Shown here: positions 20,523 to 29,344 of the stretch, piece after piece
Layout: each line of letters starts with the position of its first letter
Numbering within the stretch: the first letter of the stretch is position 1
NCBI GenBank assembly: GCA_963799845.1
Contig: CAWCYI010000006.1
Span: forward strand, 1,248,001-1,312,000
DNA: 64,000 bases
Origin: an uncultured Nitrososphaerota archaeon
GTDB taxonomy: Archaea; Thermoproteota; Nitrososphaeria; Nitrososphaerales; CADDZS01
Direction: 5' to 3'
The notes under the pieces: model-generated
The model's input: only the letters and a program-made list of their open reading frames with translations
Database searches by the model: none
Told to the model about the DNA's origin: nothing
Position numbers and translations under genes: made by a program

Positions 20523-21068
20523 TTGCCTGAAGATGTTAAGTTCGATCTTGAAAGAATTAGTACACATGTAGACGCTTCGTCCAGCCGCTGTGTGTGTGGG
20601 AAAGGCTCCTTAGATCTAGTAAAGTCGAAGTCTTTCCCTTGGAAGTTTCGTATTATCGAGAGGGAAATTGGAATCTCTCTGACATCCTCCTCAATTCCCA
20701 GAACACATTATCTCGAATGGGGGTTCTGCACGCAAATGCACTCTTTGAGCGTATTGGGCAGTTGTTGGACTAAGAGAGGACTTGGACATCGCGACGCATC
20801 AGACGAGCTTTTCGGTTTGTTCGCTTCGAATCAGATTCCGACTTCAAACACCATACTGATGATAAGTGGAAGTGTGGGCTTCGAACTCGCTCTGAAAGCC
20901 GTACTGGCTGGCATTCCTTTCATTGCAGCTCTTGGGGCGCCTACTAACCTCTTCGTTGACTTGTATGAGATGGCATCACACATGTCGGTTTCTTCAGAGA
21001 GATTGCATTCAACATTTATTCCGAACCTAGGCTCATCAGCTGAGACTGGGCATCGTCTTTGCGCCTAG
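20523..21068 (+). pseudogene. Decayed fdhD paralog
   Basis: SSSRCVCGKGSLDLVK and NTILMISGSVGFELALKAVLAGIPFIAALGAP match the intact FdhD at 60136..61005. The middle section is out of frame and the N-terminus is missing. Confidence 0.75.
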
Positions 21069-21192
21069 GAACAATTTTTGCTAGGATCTCGAGTGAGATC
21101 AAGAGGTTCGATGAATCATCAGCCAAGAATGACGGTCCTAGTCGCTTATCATCTTCAAAGTCTAAATAATCTCTGTCAGCACCAGGTTCACA

Positions 21193-21822
21193 ATGAGCCA
21201 ACAAGATCGTGACCTCAGATCCTTGATCGTACAAGCAAAAGGCCATGCTGCATTTGAAATCCGGCACGGAAGCATACTACGTATCTTCGAGACCGAGGGG
21301 CCGCAAGTCGCGGATGTTAATGCATACAATCTTCATGATTTCAGAGAGAAATTGCAGTCAGCACTAAGCGCCCAACTGAATGAAAGCTACGAGAAATTCA
21401 ACGTTCTTTACAGCAACTCACCCAAAATCAATCCTATATTCACTGTGGTTTCAGACACTGTTGGTGTTCATTTCTTGAGCGGATCGGTTGGGTGCACGAC
21501 AAAGCATTATGAGAAATGGGAAGGGACGAAGAATCACCCGAATTGCTTTGACAATCTAGCTCAGGCAGTAAAACCGTGGGGCCTCAGTCATTACGATGTA
21601 CACGGGCCTTTCAATGCATTCATGCGGGTCAGATACGATGAAAAGGGAAAAATGGAGATTTTGCCTCCAGTGGCAAAGAAAGGTGACTATGTAGATCTCC
21701 GCGCGGAAATGGATCTTCTGGTAGCAATCTCAGCCTGTCCCAGCGATCTCAATCCTTGCAACGGCGAAGATCGCAAGCCTAAATCTCTCGGAATAAGGAT
21801 CTTCGAAAGGGCTGCGACGTGA
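21193..21822 (+). CDS. DUF1989 (urea carboxylase-associated) family protein
   Basis: EGPQVAD, DTVGVHF...GC, NCFDNL, FNAFM, GDYVDLRAEMDLLVAISACP..PCNG. Confidence 0.88.
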   Translation: MSQQDRDLRSLIVQAKGHAAFEIRHGSILRIFETEGPQVADVNAYNLHDFREKLQSALSAQLNESYEKFNVLYSNSPKINPIFTVVSDTVGVHFLSGSVGCTTKHYEKWEGTKNHPNCFDNLAQAVKPWGLSHYDVHGPFNAFMRVRYDEKGKMEILPPVAKKGDYVDLRAEMDLLVAISACPSDLNPCNGEDRKPKSLGIRIFERAAT

Positions 21823-21905
21823 GCATTCTTATTGTTCCAATCAAGCCATGCATATTCAGGCGAATGGAAAAAAGAGCTATTGGATTTGAAACTTGAATAC
21901 CAATG

Positions 21906-21936
21906 TAAGTATTCATCAGAAAGCTATGAATACTTA
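21906..21936. promoter_or_regulatory. Perfect 11-bp inverted repeat (candidate operator) upstream of livG
   Basis: TAAGTATTCAT-N9-ATGAATACTTA; the right arm overlaps a TATA-like CTTAAAT. Confidence 0.45.
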
Positions 21937-22000
21937 AATGAGAAGATAGAAATTCCTTTCAGAGCCTAGCTGCAGTCGTTCCGTTTAGTGAAATATCAGC

Positions 22001-22702
22001 ATGTTTTTGGAAGTCAAAGATATTACAAAAAGTTTTGGCGGCGTGGTTGCTGTGAAAAACTGTGGCTTGAGCCTAGATCAAAATACTGTCTGTGGTTTGA
22101 TCGGGCCCAATGGATCGGGGAAGACAACACTGTTTAATCTCATAACTGGTTTTCTAAAGCCTGATACAGGAGCGATCTTTTATAAGGGCGAGTCGATAGT
22201 TGGTCTGAAGCCTAGGCAGATCGCTCTAAGAGGGATCGTAAGAACATTCCAGCTCACTCGTATCTTCCCAAAGATGACAGTGCTGGAGAATCTGCTCGTC
22301 GCTTCGAACTTAAGTAGCACATATGCCATCCAAAGAAGCAGAGAGCTCCTGAAGATGTCGGATCTGGATGAACTAGAGAATGAACAGGCACGCAATCTCT
22401 CATTTGGTCAGAAGAAGCAACTCGAATTCGATCGGATGCTCTTGATGGAATCTGATCTAATTCTGCTCGACGAGCCGATGGCCGGACTCACGCATGCTAT
22501 GATTCAGCGAATGATTTCGAACATCAACTACGCGAAATCGAATGGGAAGACTGTCTTGATCATCGAGCACAACTTGCCTATCATTATGAATCTGTGTGAG
22601 AAGGTTTTTGTGCTTGAAAATGGGAAGAAAATAGCTGAGGGAACGCCAGAAGAAATCCAGGCGGATGAAAAAGTCATAGAAGCATACATTGGTGAATCCT
22701 AG
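22001..22702 (+). CDS. livG: Branched-chain amino acid-type ABC transporter ATPase
   Basis: GPNGSGKTT, RTFQ, LSFGQKK, LLDEP, IIEHN. Confidence 0.88.
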   Translation: MFLEVKDITKSFGGVVAVKNCGLSLDQNTVCGLIGPNGSGKTTLFNLITGFLKPDTGAIFYKGESIVGLKPRQIALRGIVRTFQLTRIFPKMTVLENLLVASNLSSTYAIQRSRELLKMSDLDELENEQARNLSFGQKKQLEFDRMLLMESDLILLDEPMAGLTHAMIQRMISNINYAKSNGKTVLIIEHNLPIIMNLCEKVFVLENGKKIAEGTPEEIQADEKVIEAYIGES

Positions 22703-23428
22703 TTGATTTTGGAACTCGATAGTATAGCCTCGGGTTATTCAGGTTCGGAGATTCTTCACGATGTCACGATTCAAGTCCGCGAGGGTCAAATAGTCTCGAT
22801 CCTGGGTCCGAACGGAGCAGGTAAGACTACATTGCTCAAAACAATAATGGGTGTGGTGAAAAGCAATAGAGGTCAAATCACTTTCGCTGGGAAAGACATC
22901 ACTCGTTTTTCGCCCAACAATGTACTGCGATCCGGAATCGCTTACGTACCTCAGGGCCGAAGTATATTTCCATGGATGAGCGTTCATGACAACATAGAGA
23001 TGGGGGCCTACATCATCAGGGATCGTGGATTGATAAGTGAAAGGATAAACAACGTGTACAAGCTTTTTCCAAGACTCTTTGAGAGAAAGTCCGCCGATGC
23101 TGGAGTTCTAAGTGGGGGAGAGCGGCAAATGCTGTCCATCGGCAGGGCGCTGATGCTCGACCCCAAACTAATCATGCTCGACGAGCCATCGCTAGGCTTG
23201 GATCCTCGATTTCTTAGCGCCGTCCTTCAGAAGATTGTTGAATTAAACAGCCTTGGCAAGACGATAGTCCTAGTCGAGCAGAATGTCAAGAAGGCACTAG
23301 ATATTTCTGCATTCGCTTACATATTGGAGGGCGGCAGCGTCAAGCTATCTGGCACGCCTACCGAGATCAATTCTCACGAAATGATTCGAGATGTCTATCT
23401 TGGCGGAATAGTGAAGAAAACCTCTTGA
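22703..23428 (+). CDS. livF: Branched-chain amino acid-type ABC transporter ATPase
   Basis: GPNGAGKTT, YVPQGR, LSGGERQM, LDEPSLGL, VEQN. Confidence 0.9.
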   Translation: MILELDSIASGYSGSEILHDVTIQVREGQIVSILGPNGAGKTTLLKTIMGVVKSNRGQITFAGKDITRFSPNNVLRSGIAYVPQGRSIFPWMSVHDNIEMGAYIIRDRGLISERINNVYKLFPRLFERKSADAGVLSGGERQMLSIGRALMLDPKLIMLDEPSLGLDPRFLSAVLQKIVELNSLGKTIVLVEQNVKKALDISAFAYILEGGSVKLSGTPTEINSHEMIRDVYLGGIVKKTS

Positions 23429-24413
23429 GAACTCTTTGCATCCGTAGTTGCGTCTGAGAAACTTCCGCTGTTTTTGTTCCCATTCTCCTCCGAGCTCTTC
23501 TCCTGACTAGTCCATAGATGTAGGGTAGTATACCCAGAGGGGCAAACGACAAAACAACCACAATTGATACCCCATAGATTATGAGATGATAAACACCCTC
23601 CCCTAAGAGCAATGATGAGGGAACGTAGAGTAAGAAAGTTCCAAGTATCGAGCCGATTATAGTGCCAACTCCTCCGACTACAGCCATAGTAATTGTTTGG
23701 AAGGTAAGCGTGTAGGAAAGAAAAGTGTTATCGACATGAGCTATGTAAAGAGTGATGAAAGAGCCTGCAACACCTGAAAAAAAGGAGCTCAACGAGAACG
23801 CGAACAACTTGTATCGGGTCGAGTTAATTCCGATCGCTTCAGCTATCATTTCATCGTCTCGAATTGCCTTAAACCTCATTCCGATACGAGACGCGCCGAT
23901 CAAATACATGGTTCCGCAGGAAACAATCATCAAGATAAACCCGAGATAGTATGAAGGCAAGGGCGCGCCGCCGAAGAGTTGCCGTATTCCTAGGCTAAGG
24001 CCTTCTTCTCCCGTTTTGATAATTGCAATTCCTTGCGCTACGATCGAAATTGCAAATGTTACAATCGAGAGATAGTTGCCCTTCATCCTTAGGCTAGGAG
24101 CGGCTAGCAACACACTAGCGCCCGTCGCAACGAGGGGTCCAAGAGCGAAAGCTGCCCAGTCAGGCAAGTTTGTGTGAATTTCTATTAATGCGGAGGTGAA
24201 TCCCGCTATTCCATAAGTGAATACCGTGCCTAGATTTACTTGCCCAGCATAACCATAAATTATGTCCCAGCTCGCGGCGAAGATCGAAAACGCGAATGCA
24301 AATGTAAAGACCTGAACCAAGAGTTGATTGTCATGGACAATTTCGGGAAAGATGCCGAAGAGAATGATTACCACAATCAGTGCGATCAATTTAACAGTGA
24401 TTCTTAGTCTCAA
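23367..24413 (-). CDS. livM: Branched-chain amino acid-type ABC transporter permease
   Basis: GYAGQVNLG, LRMKGNYLSIVT, AIRDDE..AEAIGIN, VVGGVGTIIG. Confidence 0.88.
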   Translation of the reverse strand: MRLRITVKLIALIVVIILFGIFPEIVHDNQLLVQVFTFAFAFSIFAASWDIIYGYAGQVNLGTVFTYGIAGFTSALIEIHTNLPDWAAFALGPLVATGASVLLAAPSLRMKGNYLSIVTFAISIVAQGIAIIKTGEEGLSLGIRQLFGGAPLPSYYLGFILMIVSCGTMYLIGASRIGMRFKAIRDDEMIAEAIGINSTRYKLFAFSLSSFFSGVAGSFITLYIAHVDNTFLSYTLTFQTITMAVVGGVGTIIGSILGTFLLYVPSSLLLGEGVYHLIIYGVSIVVVLSFAPLGILPYIYGLVRRRARRRMGTKTAEVSQTQLRMQRVLKRFSSLFRQDRHLESFREN

Positions 24414-24424
24414 TTTCTTTTCTA

Positions 24425-25312
24425 CTAGGCCCTTTCAATCAATGTCTTTCCAAAGAGGCCAGCAGGTCTTACGGATAATACAATTATCAGGATCGCAAGT
24501 CCGACTATGATATTATACTGCGAAATGTATATTGCAGCTATATTCTGAGCTAGGGCATATAAGATACCTGCCACTAGTGTTCCTTTGACGCTGCCTACGC
24601 CCCCCAGAGTGACAACCACGAGCGCATAGACGAGTATATTCCATCCGATAGAAGGATATAGCGAGTAGATCGGCGCGAGCAACGCACCAGAGAGGCCGGC
24701 TGTTGCTGCGCCGATTCCAAAAGTGAGCATAGCAATTAGACTCACATTGATTCCCAATATTACTGTAGACTCTCGGTCATAAGCGATCATCCGGATCGCC
24801 TTGCCGAGGCGCGACCGCAACATAAATTGAGAGATAAGAAATGATATGGTGATAGCGACTAAGGCACCCAAGGTCTGCTGCCAGCTTGCGTAAAGACCCG
24901 CAAATTGAATCTCGCCGTTCAGTAATGGAGAAATCGATTGAAAGACGCCTCCCCATTTCAACAGCGCCACTTGTTCTAAGAGATATGCTATGCCTACGGT
25001 CATGATGATTGCAGTATTGGGATCGCCTCGAACTCTTTCAACTGCGACAAGTTCTATTAGTATACCAAGGAAGAAGCACCCACCAGTCGCGGCCAATACT
25101 CCAGCCCATGGCGGCAGGCCAGCTGAGTACACTGTTGTGAACGCGAAGTACCCGCCGATCATGTAAAGGGCTCCATGAGCGCAGTTCAGCACATCCAGGA
25201 CTCCGAAAACGAGAGATAGTCCAACGCTCAATAAACCATAGGCGAGCCCGAGCTCGATACTGTCTATTGCGATTTGAGCCAGAAAGATTGGGGTCATTTT
25301 GGAAGGCGCCAA
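24425..25312 (-). CDS. livH: Branched-chain amino acid-type ABC transporter permease
   Basis: GLSLVFGVLDVLNCAHG, LGKAIR, LGGVGSVKG, RPAGLFG. Confidence 0.9.
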   Translation of the reverse strand: MAPSKMTPIFLAQIAIDSIELGLAYGLLSVGLSLVFGVLDVLNCAHGALYMIGGYFAFTTVYSAGLPPWAGVLAATGGCFFLGILIELVAVERVRGDPNTAIIMTVGIAYLLEQVALLKWGGVFQSISPLLNGEIQFAGLYASWQQTLGALVAITISFLISQFMLRSRLGKAIRMIAYDRESTVILGINVSLIAMLTFGIGAATAGLSGALLAPIYSLYPSIGWNILVYALVVVTLGGVGSVKGTLVAGILYALAQNIAAIYISQYNIIVGLAILIIVLSVRPAGLFGKTLIERA

Positions 25313-25337
25313 AACAGGCGCTAGTGGAATAGTTGTC

Positions 25338-26741
25338 TTACGGAGCTACATATGTTCCATCAGCGACGTTGCTTGGATATACTGTCACAGGACTGGCATT
25401 TTGCCACTCAAAGATCGCATCTGTTCTCGCGTTCGGTGATACAATCATCTGGTGCGAGTTATCAAATTGAATAATACCCGTGACTCCTACATAGTCAGTC
25501 TTCTCAAGGGCTGAGACGACTGCATCTTTGTTCTGACCTCCAGCTGCGGCAACAGCGTTGACAATGATATGTACCACATCCGCTGCGGCTCCATCGTCGA
25601 AGAGAGTCGAATTTTGGCCAGTTTGACTTAGGTATGTGGCCACATATGGAGCAGTTTTGTTACTTAAATTCATTGTATAATAGAGTGATTCGACAAGTAT
25701 TCCGTTGAGTAAACTGGGGTTTGACTTCTCAATGCTTGCGATCGAGCTTGGGTTTTCGAGTGGGCTACCAGTCGTGTCTATGAGAGGTATGTTTGCCATC
25801 TGAGGATTCTGCTTGTATTGCGTTGCGAAAGTAAGAGCATTGCTACCCGACATCACACATACTACTGCGCCCGGATTGAGACCTGCTAATTTTGTTATTT
25901 CGGCGCTATAATCAGGTGTGGATGGGTCGAAGTAATCTTGCGCTACCGCCGTTACAGTCCCGTTTGTTGCTTTGATTGTGTCGTTGACCTCTTCTGATGC
26001 ATAAGTGTAATCCTCTCCTACGAATGCTACGCTTTTAGCGTGAATGACTTGAGTCAAGACGTTAGCCATGGCTTCTCCATTCTGGGCATCGGTAGTTGCC
26101 ATCCTGAACATCCATTTGTATGACGAATAATTAGTTAGAACAGGATTGAAAAGTGAGTCCACAGAAGCAGTAGTCGTTATAACTATGGTATGAGTTTGAA
26201 TCATTTCTGGAAAAATTGCCTCCAAGTCTCCAGTAAAATCAGGCCCGATGATGTACGAGACGTTGTCTTGGCTCACAAGCTCATTGAAAGCGCTGATGGT
26301 TACGCTTCCCCCTGAGCCTTCATCGGCCGAGAAGATCTTGACCTGCATGCCGTCGACGCCCCCTGCGGCGTTTATCTGAGCCGCAGCAATCTGTGCGCCC
26401 TTCAAGATTACAGTGCCTTCTTCCGCAGCAGAACCCGTAAGCGGCTCCAGCACACCTATGTTGATTGTCTGTAAGCTAGGCGCGGTGCTCGACGAAGAAG
26501 ATGAAGAAGATGAAGAAGATGAAGAAGATGAAGAAGATGAAGAAGATGAAGAAGATGAAGAAGATGAAGAACTAGTCGCAGAAGAGGAAACGGTGGTGCT
26601 AGGCGTTGTTGAGGTCAAAGTTGAAGAACTAAGAGAAATTGCTGCATATGCACCCGCTGCAATTATGATAATAACTATTACAACTACAATTACTAGTGTA
26701 GTTCTACCGATCGCTTGCCGTAGTTTTCTTTTGGAAAACAT
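25338..26741 (-). CDS. LivK-type periplasmic-binding-fold substrate-binding protein with N-terminal anchor and Ser/Thr linker
   Basis: Basic leader KRKLRQAI + hydrophobic helix, poly-Ser, then IGVLEPLTG..A..G...INAAGG and GVTGIIQFD. Confidence 0.88.
   Translation of the reverse strand: MFSKRKLRQAIGRTTLVIVVVIVIIIIAAGAYAAISLSSSTLTSTTPSTTVSSSATSSSSSSSSSSSSSSSSSSSSSSSSSSSSSTAPSLQTINIGVLEPLTGSAAEEGTVILKGAQIAAAQINAAGGVDGMQVKIFSADEGSGGSVTISAFNELVSQDNVSYIIGPDFTGDLEAIFPEMIQTHTIVITTTASVDSLFNPVLTNYSSYKWMFRMATTDAQNGEAMANVLTQVIHAKSVAFVGEDYTYASEEVNDTIKATNGTVTAVAQDYFDPSTPDYSAEITKLAGLNPGAVVCVMSGSNALTFATQYKQNPQMANIPLIDTTGSPLENPSSIASIEKSNPSLLNGILVESLYYTMNLSNKTAPYVATYLSQTGQNSTLFDDGAAADVVHIIVNAVAAAGGQNKDAVVSALEKTDYVGVTGIIQFDNSHQMIVSPNARTDAIFEWQNASPVTVYPSNVADGTYVAP
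26494..26571. repeat. Tandem repeat (GAAGAAGAT)x8.7 encoding the poly-Ser linker on the minus strand
   Basis: Read directly: 8 perfect 9-mers plus GAAGAA. Confidence 0.95.
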
Positions 26742-26765
26742 AGCTTTCCCTCGACTCGCAAGGGC

Positions 26766-26773
26766 TATTTATA
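26766..26773 (-). promoter_or_regulatory. Archaeal TATA box for the substrate-binding protein gene
   Basis: Minus-strand TATAAATA about 25 nt before ATG 26741, implying a leaderless or short-leader transcript. Confidence 0.5.
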
Positions 26774-26899
26774 CTTTGAAAAACTCTGAGGAAACTATCT
26801 TATTCAGCTATCAACTGATCTCCATCGAATGGAGATTTTCTCAGCTGTGTATTCCATGGATAGAGACTCGATCTTCTCAGTAGAGATCGCTCAGCTAAG

Positions 26900-27087
26900 T
26901 TAACATCTAGGCGGTTGATCTTTCATAAGTTCTTGGCAAGCTTCGCTTCAGACGCGATGCATAATCACCACTTCCAGCCTTTGTTTTGAATTTGTTCTAT
27001 GCCGCCGTGGATCAACACCACAAAGAGTTTCATCTCGTCCACGTTAAAGCTCAGTATGTGGAGATTTTCCTGTCTTCAGTAGTTCAT
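26900..27087 (-). pseudogene. Decayed tandem paralog of the 65-aa ORF at 27553..27750
   Basis: MNY*RQENLHILSFNVDEMKLFVVLIHGGIEQ..GSGDY..CQELMK aligns to MDYKRDGNTHVLSVDKDEMLLLIALVHAGLDR..SGGDF..CRQLVT. Confidence 0.6.
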
Positions 27088-27403
27088 CTGTCGTACTCGA
27101 TACCCAATGGAGTGATCGATGTTACTTAACTTTCATATCCTTGACCCAAAAGAATCGCCAATTTTCATTTCTCTTCGCCAGTTTTCGATGGCTTCCCGGA
27201 AGTGAGCCAATAGGAGGAAAGTGGATTTTCTTCTCCCACCCTAACCTTCTCGTCAAGGTCCGCCATTTTGAAGTCTTTGTACTAAGAATAAATGGATACA
27301 TCACGGTGTTTCAATTCAGTCTGGATCCGGCCAAAGGTACCTGATGAGGAGAGTAAAAAGAGCGTGGAAGAAGTGGTTAAACGGAGCCGTAATGAATAGG
27401 CCC

Positions 27404-27505
27404 GCCTATCTGAGCTGCCGCAATCTGCGCTCCCTCAAGTATTAGCATACCTTCTTCGCTTGCAAAACGAGTTAGAGGCTCCAACTCCCCAATGTTGATT
27501 GTATC
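27404..27505 (-). pseudogene. Isolated fragment duplicating the N-terminal binding domain of the SBP
   Basis: DTINIGELEPLTRFASEEGMLILEGAQIAAAQI vs QTINIGVLEPLTGSAAEEGTVILKGAQIAAAQI. Confidence 0.75.
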
Positions 27506-27552
27506 TGAGCTAGAGAAAATATTCGAGCCATGCCCAGAAGATGACCAGTTCG

Positions 27553-27750
27553 TCAATTAGAAAGTATCTTGTGATTCATCTCGGTCACAAGCTGGCGACA
27601 ACCTTCAAACTTGGCTTTCTCGAAATCACCCCCGGATTCGGAGCTCAATCTGAACCGATCCAGGCCTGCGTGCACGAGTGCAATAAGTAGAAGCATCTCG
27701 TCTTTATCGACGCTCAGAACATGGGTGTTGCCGTCTCTTTTATAATCCAA
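27553..27750 (-). CDS. Hypothetical 65-aa protein
   Basis: TTG-start ORF with a TTTATA-like element about 35 nt upstream; supported by an adjacent diverged paralog. Confidence 0.55.
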   Translation of the reverse strand: MDYKRDGNTHVLSVDKDEMLLLIALVHAGLDRFRLSSESGGDFEKAKFEGCRQLVTEMNHKILSN

Positions 27751-27841
27751 ACGACTTTCGAAAAGAAATCTTCTCTTAAGTCGGTATAAAGTCTAGTTAG
27801 ATTGGAAAAAAGTCTTGGGCGAGAGTAATGAATTATTAATG

Positions 27842-28690
27842 TTAACCCTCTGATTCTGGCTTATCCTTCACTTTGTTGCTTCCGTCGAGCCAGTCAGGAT
27901 AGGTTCCCTTTGTCTTCTCTGCTCTAACTTTCTCTGCCAGTCCAGCCATTTCGAGTTTCTTGTAGTAAGGATAGTCTGAGATACCTCGAGACTTTAGCTC
28001 TGATTGGATCCTCCCGAAGTACCTCATAATAGGAGTGAGCAAAGCATGAAAGAAATGCGTAAATGGTGCTGTGACGAACAATGCTGCTACCACTGCCAGA
28101 TGGAAAGTGTAGCTGTAGAGTGCTAGCGGGCCCGAGAATATTCTGGTAACCTCAGTTAGGAACCCAGAGATGATCGCCACATAGAGGGTCACCAAAAATG
28201 TTAGGTCTCCTTTTGGATGGTCTCTGAATCTTCCGATCACAACATACCTTATAACGATCGCAGTCACCCCAACTAGGACGAGGCCTCCTCCGAGATTTCC
28301 AATGAAGTTACCTGGGTTCTCGGTCGCGAGCGGCGGCGGAAGCGCGCCACTCCTGAAGAAAATGTCGTCCCATATAGTGGCTATTATGAGGCAAATGAAA
28401 CCCCAGAAAACAACAAGATGGGTCACGAGCCTAGTCTTTGAATCTGTTATGACGTTCCTCTGAGCGATGACTCTGTTGATCAACTCCGAAAAAAATATTT
28501 GGAGCAGACCCGCAGTCCCGATGTGCTTCTTAGCATCACTCTTAAGTTGCGAGGGCACGACCCTAAGCCAAGCTCTGAGCTTAAAGGATACGGAGGCTAC
28601 GATGATGACAACAAGAATCAGAGCGGCAAGATCGATAATGATTACGGGAATGAATGTATTGAACTGGATAAGCGTTGGGAAAATCACCAC
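27842..28690 (-). CDS. NarI/HmeC-like membrane cytochrome b anchor
   Basis: About 5-6 TM helices; candidate heme ligands in THLVVFWGF and FHLAVV...PFTHFFH; operonic with the Fe-S and Mo subunits. Confidence 0.7.
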   Translation of the reverse strand: MVIFPTLIQFNTFIPVIIIDLAALILVVIIVASVSFKLRAWLRVVPSQLKSDAKKHIGTAGLLQIFFSELINRVIAQRNVITDSKTRLVTHLVVFWGFICLIIATIWDDIFFRSGALPPPLATENPGNFIGNLGGGLVLVGVTAIVIRYVVIGRFRDHPKGDLTFLVTLYVAIISGFLTEVTRIFSGPLALYSYTFHLAVVAALFVTAPFTHFFHALLTPIMRYFGRIQSELKSRGISDYPYYKKLEMAGLAEKVRAEKTKGTYPDWLDGSNKVKDKPESEG

Positions 28691-29337
28691 AGATAGGCGA
28701 CTTTGGGTTTTGTTTTAGCTTCCGGGCGCAAAATGAAAACTTGTCGACCTTTCTCATGAGCTTCTTCTAGATATCTCGAAGGAGGACTATTTTCTTTGTC
28801 TACATCTCCGAAGATCCTGCATTCCGCCGGGCAGGCTAGAACGCAGGCTGGAGTACCATCCCTATCAACTCCGGGCTCTAAACCATTGCTCAATGCATGA
28901 TTAATTCTATGCGAACAAAACGTGCATTTTTGTGCAGCTCCAATGCGATGCTTTTCATTTGCCTGCTTTTCGAGTGGAGTGACCGCACCCTCGTAGATCG
29001 GCTGAACTTCAGCGTCCCACATACTAATAGCGTCGTACGGGCAGGCAGTGATGCATGCCCTACTTCCTGCACACTTGTCTTCGTTGATTATAACCATGCC
29101 TTCTTTAGTTTGAGATATGGCCTTCGTTGGACATGATTTCATGCAGGGAGGGTCTTCACAGTGCATGCAGAGTGTGGGCAAGAAGGAGAGCTTTGCTTTT
29201 GGAAATTTCCCGATCTCGCTGTGAATTACAGGAGCCCACCAGATATTCCCTGGAGTTGCATTTTCGATCTTACACGCCACCGAACAGGCATCGCATCCTA
29301 TACACTTCGCAAGATCGATCAGCATTGAGAGTTTCAA
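28684..29337 (-). CDS. 4Fe-4S electron-transfer subunit (DmsB/NrfC/PadC type)
   Basis: CIGCDACSVAC, CMHCEDPPCMKSCP, CAGSRACITACP, KCTFC...PACVLACP. Start is probably TTG 29337. Confidence 0.9.
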   Translation of the reverse strand: MKLSMLIDLAKCIGCDACSVACKIENATPGNIWWAPVIHSEIGKFPKAKLSFLPTLCMHCEDPPCMKSCPTKAISQTKEGMVIINEDKCAGSRACITACPYDAISMWDAEVQPIYEGAVTPLEKQANEKHRIGAAQKCTFCSHRINHALSNGLEPGVDRDGTPACVLACPAECRIFGDVDKENSPPSRYLEEAHEKGRQVFILRPEAKTKPKVAYLW

Positions 29338-29344
29338 TTTGGGC

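Noticed and set aside
26413-26883. Plus-strand ORF with an (EED)n acidic tract
   Set aside because: Antisense shadow of the poly-Ser linker in the substrate-binding protein.
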